56,124 nucleotides of DNA from Octopus bimaculoides (Eukaryota): positions 26,332,254 to 26,388,377 of the forward strand of contig NC_068999.1 in NCBI RefSeq assembly GCF_001194135.2, in the 5' to 3' direction. The notes under the pieces were generated by a model, which had not been told where the DNA came from, did not search any database, and saw only the letters and a program-made list of their open reading frames with translations. This document shows positions 38,401 to 50,400 of the stretch, one piece after another. A program made the position numbers and the translations under genes. The stretch's first letter is position 1. Each line of letters begins with the position of its first letter.

Positions 38401-41400
38401 ATAACTGGAAAGAGGTTAAATTGGCAACCTGCTAGCCAAAGAATCAAGCTAGGCATTTGATCCTCAACACTCAATTTTGCTAAAAATAGATGAGGTTTAG
38501 TACAGTACTGAAGGTAGTGATTACATTATTATTGGCAAGTGTTTATTAATATGTAGTCCTAACCCTCCGGTCAAAAAAGACAACCAGAAACACTACCATA
38601 TTTTTCGCTTGATTTTCAATCTATATGAAAACAATATAATCAGTGGCACTTCAACAAGCAATTTGGTTATTAACCTTTCCAAAATTCAGCTATGAACTAA
38701 GAGATGATAATAACTTAAGTTGAGTGAAGGACAAATAGTAATACCTTAAATAAGATTTATGGCTTATATATTCAAGAAAGGAATATAAAAAAACTAGCAA
38801 AGAAACCCGGCCTTGCTCAGGATTAAAATAGTTTATTATTGTTTTACTTGTTTTGGTATTATAACCCAATTTCATTTGGGTCTACACAGGCCACATTTTA
38901 AAAGATGAGGAATTTTGCCCTAGTGGCCATGCCTTCCAATTGAGCAAACTCACCAGCACTTTTAACATAGGTGTGCAAATTTTCAGCTCAATCCGACCAC
39001 ATTTACTAACACTTTTGCCTGCACAACTGCTTGTGAGACAACATCCACCTTTTTCACAAATATATAGCAGATTTACAGAGACACCCAGCCTTGCTTGGGG
39101 CATAGTTTTTCATTGTTTTACTTGTTTGGTTATTATAACCCAATTTCATTTGGGTCTATTTGGGCCACATTTTAAAATATGAGGAATTTTGCCCTAGAGG
39201 CCACACTTTTCAATTGAGCAAACTCAAAGTTGCCATGCAAACTCGCCAGCACTTTAAACATAGGTGTGCATATTTTCAGCTCAATCTGAACACATATGCA
39301 TACATTAAATATATATATATATAGATAGATAGATATAGATATATGTACATATATGTGCATTATATTTATGTACACATTATATATACACACACACACATAT
39401 AAATATATAAACACACACATATATATAAATACAGATATATATACTTTATATATATATATATACATATATATACACACACACATACATACATCATATATAC
39501 ATATTATATATATAAGGCGCAGGAGTGGCTGTGTAGTAAGTAGCTTGCCTACCAACCACATGGTTCCGGGTTCAGTCCCACTGCGTGGCATCTTGGGCAA
39601 ATGTCTTCTACTATAGCCTCGGGCCGACCAAAGCCTTGTGAGTGGATTTGGTAGACGGAAACTGAAAGAAGACCGTCGTATATATGTATATATATGTGTG
39701 TGTGTGCTTGTGTCTCTGTTTGTCCCCCTAGCATTGCTTGACAAACAATGCTGGTGTGTTTATGTCCCCGTCACTTAGCGGTTCGGCAAAAAGAGACCGA
39801 TAGAATAAGTACTAGGCTTACAAAGAATAAGTCCTGGGGTCGATTTGCTCGACTAAAGGCGGTGCTCCAGCATGGCCGCAGTCAAATGACTGAAACAAGT
39901 AAAAGAATAAAAGAATATATATNNNNNNNNNNNNNNNNNNNNNNNNNNNNNNNNNNNNNNNNNNNNNNNNNNNNNNNNNNNNNNNNNNNNNNNNNNNNNN
40001 NNNNNNNNNNNNNNNNNNNNNNNNNNNNNNNNNNNNNNNNNNNNNNNNNNNNNNNNNNNNNNNNNNNNNNNNNNNNNNNNNNNNNNNNNNNNNNNNNNNN
40101 NNNNNNNNNNNNNNNNNNNNNNNNNNNNNNNNNNNNNNNNNNNNNNNNNNNNNNNNNNNNNNNNNNNNNNNNNNNNNNNNNNNNNNNNNNNNNNNNNNNN
40201 NNNNNNNNNNNNNNNNNNNNNNNNNNNNNNNNNNNNNNNNNNNNNNNNNNNNNNNNNNNNNNNNNNNNNNNNNNNNNNNNNNNNNNNNNNNNNNNNNNNN
40301 NNNNNNNNNNNNNNNNNNNNNNNNNNNNNNNNNNNNNNNNNNNNNNNNNNNNNNNNNNNNNNNNNNNNNNNNNNNNNNNNNNNNNNNNNNNNNNNNNNNN
40401 NNNNNNNNNNNNNNNNNNNNNNNNNNNNNNNNNNNNNNNNNNNNNNNNNNNNNNNNNNNNNNNNNNNNNNNNNNNNNNNNNNNNNNNNNNNNNNNNNNNN
40501 NNNNNNNNNNNNNNNNNNNNNNNNNNNNNNNNNNNNNNNNNNNNNNNNNNNNNNNNNNNNNNNNNNNNNNNNNNNNNNNNNNNNNNNNNNNNNNNNNNNN
40601 NNNNNNNNNNNNNNNNNNNNNNNNNNNNNNNNNNNNNNNNNNNNNNNNNNNNNNNNNNAGAGAGATGGTGGCGAGCTGGCAGAAAGGTTAGCACGCAGGA
40701 TGAAATGCTTAGCGGTATTTCGTCTGCTGTTACGTTCTGAGTTCAAATTCCGCCGAGGCCGACTTTGCCTTTCATCTTTTCGGGGTCGATAAATTAAGTA
40801 CCAGTTACGCACTGGGGTCAATGTAATCGACTTAATCCCTTTGTCTGTCCTTGTTTGTCCCCTCTATGTTTAGCCCCTTGTGGGCAATAAAGAAATAGGT
40901 ATTTCATCTGTCTTTATGTTCAGAGTTCAAATTCCGCCAAGGTTGACTTTGCCTTTCATCCTTTCGGAGTTGATAAATTAAGTACCAGTTGTGTACTGGA
41001 GTTGATCTAATCAACTGGCCCCCTCCCAAAAGATTTGGGGCCATATGCCTAGAGTAGAAAAGAGATACAGACAGACATACAGAGAGAGAGGCGGTGGGAG
41101 AAAGAGTGATAGAGATGGCGAAGGTGGAGAGGGAAAGAGTGGAAGCTGTCAAACGCCGTTAAAGAGAGAAAGTGGAGGAAAGAGAGGAAAGAGAGAGATC
41201 GAGGAAGACAGGGTGATATCTGAAAGAGAGAAACGACAAACACTTGTCAAAGTCTGAGTTTTGTTGCCCTAGTAACCACAGCTTTTGAGATGGAGATTTC
41301 TAACCTAGTCCAGTCACTTCCTTGCCTCATTTTACATGTCCCTGTAAATTTTCGCCACAATCCGAGCATGCCTATTGCCACTGAACCCTGCATAACCACT

Positions 41401-44400
41401 AAATGAGACATGCAAACATACAACTTTCAGCCATTTCACTTTTATAGATAGAGATTAATTTCATAACTGAATTAAATACCATTTAAAAAAACTTCAAACC
41501 TGCACAATTTAAGAGATATGGACAAAACAATAACTTACCATTTTTTCTGCCAAGTTTTATAAGACGTTCCACTAATCGTTTGGTTTCTCCAGTCAAAGTA
41601 CTTTGATTCTTTTCAGAGAAAGTTACAATAGAATCAAAGACATCTTGCCGCATGCTAGAAAGATTATTTAAAAGAGAATTTTCAAGAGGTTTGAGATTTT
41701 CAAGAAAGACAAATTGTTTATTTTCATAAGAGTTTTACAAACTTTTAAGAGAACATAAAATAATCCTTTTTCAGAAGAGTGAATCTTGAAGCACATAAAG
41801 CTATAAATAACAGTGGGTAAATATTGGTTTTGTGAGCCACAGGAAACCTCTAACTTTTCTATTCAAAAGGGTTTTTCAACTAAATACTTACATACTATTA
41901 TTTGTAGCTTCATGTGCTTTGAGATCCACTGTTCTAAAAAAGAATTATTTTTACTTTATGCAAAGTGGGAGGTAAGTGATCTAGTGGCTAGGGTGTTGGA
42001 CTCGTGATTGTAAGATTGAGGTTTCAATTCCTGGTCTAGGTGACATGCGTTCTTGAGAAAAACACTTCTTCATTTCATGTTGTTCCAGTCCACTCAGCTG
42101 GCAAAAATGAGTAATCCTGTGACGGACTGGCATCCTGTACAAGGGGTAAATAAACATACACCACAAGATGGTCCTTTTGAGTCCATTGAATTTGAGAAGG
42201 ATGCTTTTATGTAAAGTCACTTATAGAGATCTTCAGTTGATTAAAGGTACTTATTATGTCAACCTTAAAAGACTAAACAGCAAAGATAAACTATGGCAGG
42301 ATTTGAATTCAAAACACAAAGAGGTAAAGACATTTAGTCCAATGCTCAAGCATGTGAAGAACAATATAAAAACGTTATACAGAAACAAAGACACAATTAT
42401 TAGAATACAAAATCATAAAATGTGGAGATGAAAAATAAATCTAATTCTTATTAGGAAAATCAGCTGACCAGCAGGAGAGAAGAAATGGAAATTAAGATTT
42501 TATAATTTTTTAAGGACATTAGCAGACAGAGTCCTTTAGTGAAAATAAGACTACAGAGTCAGCTTGCAAAGTATTTACTACTGCACTGCAAATATGTTGA
42601 ATTTTTTAACTAGGCACAACAAGATCAGTGAGAAGGTATACTCAATGAAACTGATTTCAATATTTTATGTACTTCAAGGGCAGCGAGCTGGTAGAATTGT
42701 TAGCAAGCCAGGCAAAATGTTAAGCAGCATTTCATTTGTCTTTACAATTTGAGTTAAAATTCCTCCGAGGTCAACTTTGCTTTTCATCCTTTCAGGGGTT
42801 AAACACTGAGGTCGATGTAATTGAATTTCCCTCCCCCAAAATTGCTTGCCTTGTGCTAAAATTTGAAACAATATATTTTATGTACTTGTTTCAATTGTCT
42901 AGGCAGGAACAAAAACAAAGTCAAATCAGTGAAACTGACACTCAGAATATAAAGAATTGATATAATATACTGTAAAATATTGTTTTAATTAAAAAAATAT
43001 GACATAAGTTATATCTTAAGGAAACAAGTTGGGACAGAGCAGAGCAGGTCACATGATAAGAATGAGGAACACTAGATGACCTCAAAGTTAATAAACTAGA
43101 CAACCCCCTAGAAACTATATATGAAGCTGTAGATGATGCTAAATGATCTTTATAAATTCAGACCAAGAGAGAAATATTAAAACTAGAGCAAATAGTAACA
43201 GCTAGGAGAGGTTTACATCTACCAAAAGACAGGTATGATACAATTTTATATTTAAGAGATGAGGAATTATGTACATTATTTACATTCGACGGATATTAAC
43301 AACAAACAACCATTGGAAAAAAACATCAACTAAATAACGAAATCAAAGAGAGGTTATAGTCATTACTTAGAAAAATACCAGAGATGATGATAGAAAGAGA
43401 ATCCAACAAGATCTGGAAAGAATTTGAAAGAAATTTATGAAACACAAAGGTCAGAGAATGAAGACTGAAATCCGTCACCCACCTGTGAAAGCAGTAATTA
43501 ATATAAGTAGCCGACATCTAGAAAGCTCTGAAGAAGCAGTACTGAACAAAGGTCTCAACTTTGCTCCAACCATCAAGTGTATTCCATACTTGGACATAAT
43601 AGCCGTAAAGATACCAAAAGCTCAGGGAGATGAACTAAGATGGAAAGTGAGACAGGTACTAGAAAAAGCAAAACCTCCTAAACCAAATATCACTAAGGAA
43701 GAAAAGTTCGCTATCAAAAGACTACAGAGTGACAATTCCATCATAATACTTCCAGCGGACAAGGGAAATGCTACAGTGGTGATGAACAAGTCTGACTACT
43801 CTGAAAAGTTAGCAAGTCTTATAAGCGATGGTAGCTACAGCAAAGAAAAGAAAGACCCAATTCTGAAAACAGAGAGGAAGTTGTCACAGGTCTTGATCAA
43901 GAACAAGGATCTCTTTACACCAATGAAGTACAGACAACTGACTCAACACCACAATAAACTACTACACATGTATGGTCTCCCTAAGATTCACAAGGATGGT
44001 ATTCCATTAAGACCCACAGTAAGCTGTAGAGGTTCAGTATGTCATCCACTGAGCCACTTCCTTGTGGATATAATCAGTCCATTAGCAGGAAAGTCAACAT
44101 CGTACGTGAAGAAATCCACCCACTTCACAGAATTGATCAAGGATACCCCCACTGAATCCAACCAGATGGTGAGTCTAGATGTGATAAGTCTGTTCATCAA
44201 AGTCCCAACTGGTGAAGCACTATCAGTGTTACAAGAAAAACTAGTGACAGACACCCATCTAAAAGAACGCACTGGTATACCAATAAGAAACTTGATGGAA
44301 ATGTTGACCTTCTGTGTAGAGTCCACCTACTTCAGTTTGGACACTGATATATATCAACAAGAAGAGGGTTTAGCTATGGGTTCACCATCATCACCAATAA

Positions 44401-47400
44401 TAGCCAATATGTACATGGAATACTTTGAGAATTTGGCTTTTGGATCAATGCCACTAAAACCAACCCTATGGCTGTGATATGTTGATGATACCTTTATACT
44501 CTGGCCGCACCAGGAAGATGTCCAAGTGCTGTTAGATCATGTGAGCACAAAAAAGCCATCCATACAGTTCACAATGGAAAAGGAAAAAGACAATCAGCTG
44601 GCATTCCTGGACGTATTAATAACACACACCAAGTATGGATTCAGGACATCCGTATACTGCAAGCTGACCTTTACTGGACGATACCTCAACTTCAATTCCT
44701 ACCATCCATACAATGTAAAGAGAGGGATTGCTCAGTACCTAAAACATCATACAAAGAATATAAGTAGCGATCATGATACACACCATGAAGAAATGATCAA
44801 GCTCAATAACGATCTGTTAAGCAACAACTACCCCAAAAGTATACTATCCACTCCAATTATGAAGAAGAGAGAGGATGAGGCCAATAAACTGTCCACAGTC
44901 TGTCTACTCTATGTGAAAGGCCTCTCCGAAAAGATACAAAAGATATGCGGCCCATATGACATTAGGACGGTATTCAAGAATAATACAACACTTCGCAAAT
45001 ATCTCTGAGTAAAACCACCAATAGAAGAGAATATGACCATAGACTGCATGTACTCCATCCCATGCAGCTGTGCTTGATTATACAAAAGCGAAACATGCTG
45101 CCCCCTCAAAATAAGGGTAAACGAACATCGCAAAGCTGTGACACGAGGAGATATTGATAAATCGGGTATAGCTGATCATGTATGGAAAAATGGAGACCAC
45201 CTCCCCCTGTGGGATGAAGTTAAAATAATAGATAGAGAACACCACTGGAAAATACGAAAACTAAAAGCAGCAGCACATATGCTAGGACACAACAAACTTC
45301 TAAGCAGACTAAGTGCAGATATGAGCAGCATATGGGAACCAGTATTAAGGAAGAATAGAAAAATATTAGATTTTATAAGCCCTAAAATTCATTCCATAAT
45401 TGCCCACAGGCATATGGCATAGTGGTTAAGAGCACGAACTACTAACCCCAAAATTCTGAGTTCGATTCCAAGCAGTGACCAATAATAATAATAATGATAA
45501 TAATAACATCAAAAAATACCTTAGGAATGAGAACCCGGGTTTGAAATTTCCCCCAGACACCTGAAGAAAGCTGGAGGGTATATCAGCCGAAACAGTGTGT
45601 TAGCAACAAACAAGACGAGGACAAATATCCATCGAATGTAAATAATGGACAGGTATGATGTTTTGAACTAAGGCAGAAGAAAAAAGTTATTGATACTAAC
45701 AGAAATTACATACATACATACTATAGTCAACCTTCAAAAAAGAATCTAAAGCTAGAAAACCACTACAAAAACACCATGGTTACAGTTACTCCAAAAATAC
45801 TCAGCTCCTTGAACTAAATGCTCGACTTGCCATAAACTGCAGAACACAATTACAACATTCTAAGATAGAATTCTTTCCTATTTAACTCAAATACACAACA
45901 TACATCCATAACAAGATAACTGAGACAGTATACTTTTCTAGACTCAAGTTTGTATTGAGTTGTGAATGACTCAAATTAACCCTTGGACAAGATAATTATG
46001 CTCAAAAGTATCCATATCTTACATAGCAAACTGATCAACATAGGCAGCAATACAGGCAACATGCTAATGATTGCAATGCACTCAGCATAACCAAATGCTG
46101 CATAATAATGTGCTATCTGGAATGAAGGATCTACAGCTAATTTAGCTATCTCTGATCATCTTGAATAGGACTCAAACTACTCAGTCCTTACATTTTTTCA
46201 CTATCTGTTCCGTGACTTTTCTAAAATCCTACTTATATTTTCTTTCTTTCTTTCACTTTTTTTTGGTCGGCACAACTAATTTTCTTATTCATATTTCTGT
46301 TCTTTAATAATTTTTAAAACCTGATGTCCATTACAACAGTATCACAATAAACTGAATATAATCATAAGAGAAACCATAAAAGAGTCATTGCTTTGCATGT
46401 TGTCTGTCCTAAGCTTATGCAATGCAGATAAGGATGATCTTGGAATCCAGATGTAGTACTTGATCACCTTGGACTTGTCTTGGAAATACACTTCTGTAAG
46501 TTTTCTTAAGAAGTATTTAAACTCCATGTTATCTCCATTTGCCAAAAGTCACACCAGTTTTCTGGAATCTTGGTATAACCATACACAATCACATGATCAG
46601 TTACTCATATTCTCTCTGTGCCATCTTTTAAAGTCAATTTGTGATACCAATCCCAGACAATGTCTGCTCTCGTTACTCTTTTCAAATAATGCTGAGTCCT
46701 TACATAGGAAACTTTCCAAGCAGAATGTGAGGCAATATCCCATCTTAAATAATAGTGAACTTTAAGTATTTGGTGCCACTGACACATCCATTCAGGTCAT
46801 TAGTTGGATTAATTTTCATATTGTGCCAACAAACATGACTTAGTGCAAGTATTGAGAGCCTCCTCAAAAGAGATTGCTGGTAAGTATGAAGAATATTCAT
46901 GATACAAAAATTTCCTCCAGATTTCCACTACAGCTATCTATTGTAAAAAAAAAATACTTATCCATCATTAAAATGATGTAACAAATCTGTATGTTGCTTA
47001 TTATACTCTACTTTTTCTTAAACGATATCTTCCATTGAGATTTCTATTTATAGAAAAGCAACAGTTTGTTTTTCTCAACCGATGCTTTGAAAGGGATGTC
47101 ATTTTTGTCAATCACATTTTTCTGAAAGATATTTTGCTCTGGATTTTAAAATATGAACAACAGCTGTACTAGATTCAATATCCATCATCAGGTTTGCATT
47201 GGTTTCCCCCAAGAGACTACCTCTGCTCAGAATAGCATCCAGCAAATCTGTAACATGACTTTGTAAATGATGTTGAGATGCTCACTCAAACTGAAGTTGT
47301 CATTTAGGCAAAAAAAAAAACAAAAAAAAAAAATTAATGTAATACCAAAAGTAAACTTATACAGCAATATAAAATAAAAATTAAATTTTGCTATTTTCAG

Positions 47401-50400
47401 CTCTCTGATATACTCTTGTTCAAACAAAAAATATTCAGAACTCATCCAAGCTTTCAATTGTCATTGTTTTTTTCAAAAGAGCAAATAATTAGTAACAATA
47501 TGCACAATAAGATTAAGAGCTACAGAGTTAGTCTACAGAGGAAATGAAACGATAGTGTTAATAGTTTAATACCATCTTTACTTACCCTAACTGCATTTGA
47601 ATGCACCAACTCTGTCAGGATCTATGATGATTTAAGCATCATTTCCTCTATAGACTAACTCTGTAGTGGTTAGACTGACCCAGTCAAGTTCAACTCCTGA
47701 GAGAATTTGAGTAGTTATTTCTAGCAGTCTTAAGAAAACCCTACTGTAAACTCAAAATGCCAGTCAACTGTGTACTGTCAAGACAGCAATCTCTTCATGC
47801 TAAGATTGATGCTGGAATTGTTGAACATTTAGCTTACAGTCATTGTACAACATTGGTGACAAGATTTTAATCTATGAATAATACGTAGAGCAATCAGCAC
47901 ATTATAGACAATTTTATTTATTAAACTATTTCAACATTTCTGGTTTTGTAGTCTCACTTAACAACTTACCTCATTTCAACATCAAACTTCGACAACTTTT
48001 TATCAGCTTCCACACTTGCATCACGGAGTAGTTTATTAGAATATACTTGTTTTATGAATTCTATGTTATTTCGTTGCACTTCATACTCTGCAGCATCCAT
48101 TGCAAGAGGCTACAACGAAAAAACAAAAAAAATCAGACTTATAGAATTAGAAATTTCATTATATTTTAATTGATAAATTTCAATAGTAAAGAGAATAAAA
48201 AACATGCTATAAATAGTTTATCATGATTATGCATAAATTTAGGTAATGAAATTGATACTGGATCTAAATTGATTGTTTCAAATACAAGTTAGTTCGAAAG
48301 TATGGCACTGAAAGTAGTAAAATGAAACCTGAGAATTCAAGAAAACAAGTAGTTTTCTAAAAATAGCCAAATTGTGATTAATCAGGTTAAAAAAAAAGGA
48401 AAATAACAGAAGGAAAATCTAAGTACTTACTCCCTCGATGCGTGTTTAAATTCAAAAAACAAGCAACTGAAATTTTTTGAAAATATAAATGATGTAGATG
48501 GTGTGGTCACCCAACAAACAATAGATGCATGGTTTGAGTCCACTAAAAGAACCTACTTTTCTTTTCCTTTTTTTAATCTCCAATAGGTACTATGTCTAAC
48601 ATCATTTAACACTGAACAATTCATTCATTCATAAAATGAGTAATTAACTATGAAGAGAGACAGCTTCATCTCAGTTGTATAAAATCAGGTTACTCTAAAT
48701 GTAATTCAATAATTAAGACACATTGGAGAAATTTATCATAATCTATATCTGGTATATCCCAGTGCAAAACATACTAGCTACTCCTTAATGTAGGAGTGGA
48801 AGTAGAAAAGCACAAAAAGCTGTGTAATTAAGAAGTTCACTTCCCAATTACATGGTTCTGAGTTCAATCTCACTCAGGTAAAAGTTTTCTGGCATAACCT
48901 TGAGTTGACTAATGTCTTTTGAGTAAAATTTGATAGAAACTATGTGGAAGCCTGTTATGCATCTTTTGGTGGAGGATATCGGCACATGATGTAAACATTA
49001 GCAACAAAAGCAAAAATATTTTTCAAACAAAGTCTCTTGTGATATTTGTTCTAAACTGGGCTACACACATTCTCTCAATCATTTCACTATCAGAAATGCA
49101 GAGAACCAATAACTGACTGACTGGAAACCTGTAACCAACAATGCCACAGTTCACTGATCACAATATAAAATAATAAATAAATGAGGGAGTGAAGTTAAGG
49201 AGTAATGCAGGGGATTTGAGAAAATCAGTAAAGTAAACAAAATAGGAAAAAATTAGAATCTGAGCGAGAAGATGGTGTTTAAGAGATAAGGAGAAAAAAT
49301 TGTAGGTACAAGGAACACATGATAAACACCAACTGTACCCAGAAAACTATTTAAAAATATTTCAGTAAAAAACGCTCACAGGGTGGTGATGTGAGGAGTG
49401 AGGGCCTGAGAGAGAAGCAAGATGACTGAAGGAAACTAGGAATTGGAGAGGGAAAGTAAAAAGAGATGATGCCACAAGCAAAGTAAGTCATATCTAGAGC
49501 TATTAGTATAAGAGTGCTTAAAAAAATTTTTAATTTCACAGTTTTCATAAAAAAAAGAAATGCAATATCCCATCCCAAAATAAAACTATCTTTTAAAATT
49601 CAAAAAATATCAACTAGATTATCACCGAGAGGTAAGTCTACTCAAAGTAACTGCCCTCTGTTTTCACCATGGCCTCAAAATAACTCCAGAACCCAGCACA
49701 TGTGTTCCTCACTGTGTCCATGGGAAGATCTTCAAACACTTTCATAATTTTGGCCACCAGCTTGGCCTTGGTGCCGCAGGCAGAGCAGTCAATGTCTTTC
49801 TCAACCAAGTCCCAAACAGTAATCCATGGGAAAACAATCAAGAGAATTAGGTTGGGTTAGAAATTGGGACTGGAGAAGTTGTAAAAATTCTATCTCTTTC
49901 CAAAGATATGGCAAGGAGCCAAATCCTGTTGCCACACATATGGCCTTCCAGCAGCAATCCTCTCCAACCAGCAGCTTCATATGAATTGAGCCTTAGGCCC
50001 TGTTCAAAGATGTGGGGATAAATTCTGGTGTGAAGATGCAGTCAGAACACCTGTGTCTCTTCCTGCTGGTCATGGCTTCATGTCACTGTTGCAGCTGTTA
50101 ATGTCGTGTTTTACAGCCTTTACAGTTTCACAAAGTATTGAGCAGCAGTCATGATGTCAGTGTTTTGATATCCAGCATGAATCATCATGATACAGGTAAC
50201 TCTTTTCCACCGGGACATTTTCCAATGGAAGTCCCAGCAACAGAAAAGAAGACATATCCAACAAGAAAGTGTGCGTGTGTTATCTGAAACATGACCACAG
50301 AGGGAAACCAGTCAGGATATATGTGTAAACTTTGTAATGTACCTTTATGTGTAGTACCATGCTTTGAAAAATTCCATACCAAATAATCATTCATAAAATA

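Larger units (their letters stand above)
43240..45647 (+). mobile_element. Penelope-like element (RT + GIY-YIG), near complete, pseudogenised
   Basis: One reading frame 43437-45422 interrupted only by TGA at 44475, 45006 and 45075. Motifs [57 protein letters not shown]. 12-bp direct repeat gacaggtatgat at 43228-43239 and 45648-45659; inverted tail copy 43274-43297 versus 45624-45647. Confidence 0.93.

Noticed and set aside
39748-40821. Three long ORFs of 270-330 aa
   Set aside because: They are open only because they cross a ~740-nt N gap; the flanks are SINE sequence.
42990-43227. LINE C-terminal remnant hosting the Penelope insertion
   Set aside because: Only a faint AGHMIRM-like motif; too decayed to support as a feature.
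44475-45077. Selenocysteine or programmed readthrough of the three in-frame TGAs
   Set aside because: At least the first falls at a conserved Arg position (WxRYVDD), other missense decay is present including the GIY-YIG motif, and no SECIS is evident. CGA to TGA mutation is simpler.
45405-45480. Functional tRNA gene
   Set aside because: A and B boxes are present but the acceptor and anticodon stems do not pair properly, and there is no T-run terminator; treated as tRNA-derived.
46900-47220. piggyBac catalytic region (PEQNI...ID...IPFK)
   Set aside because: The resemblance is superficial and the adjacent sequence fits a different, Academ-like pattern; left unassigned.
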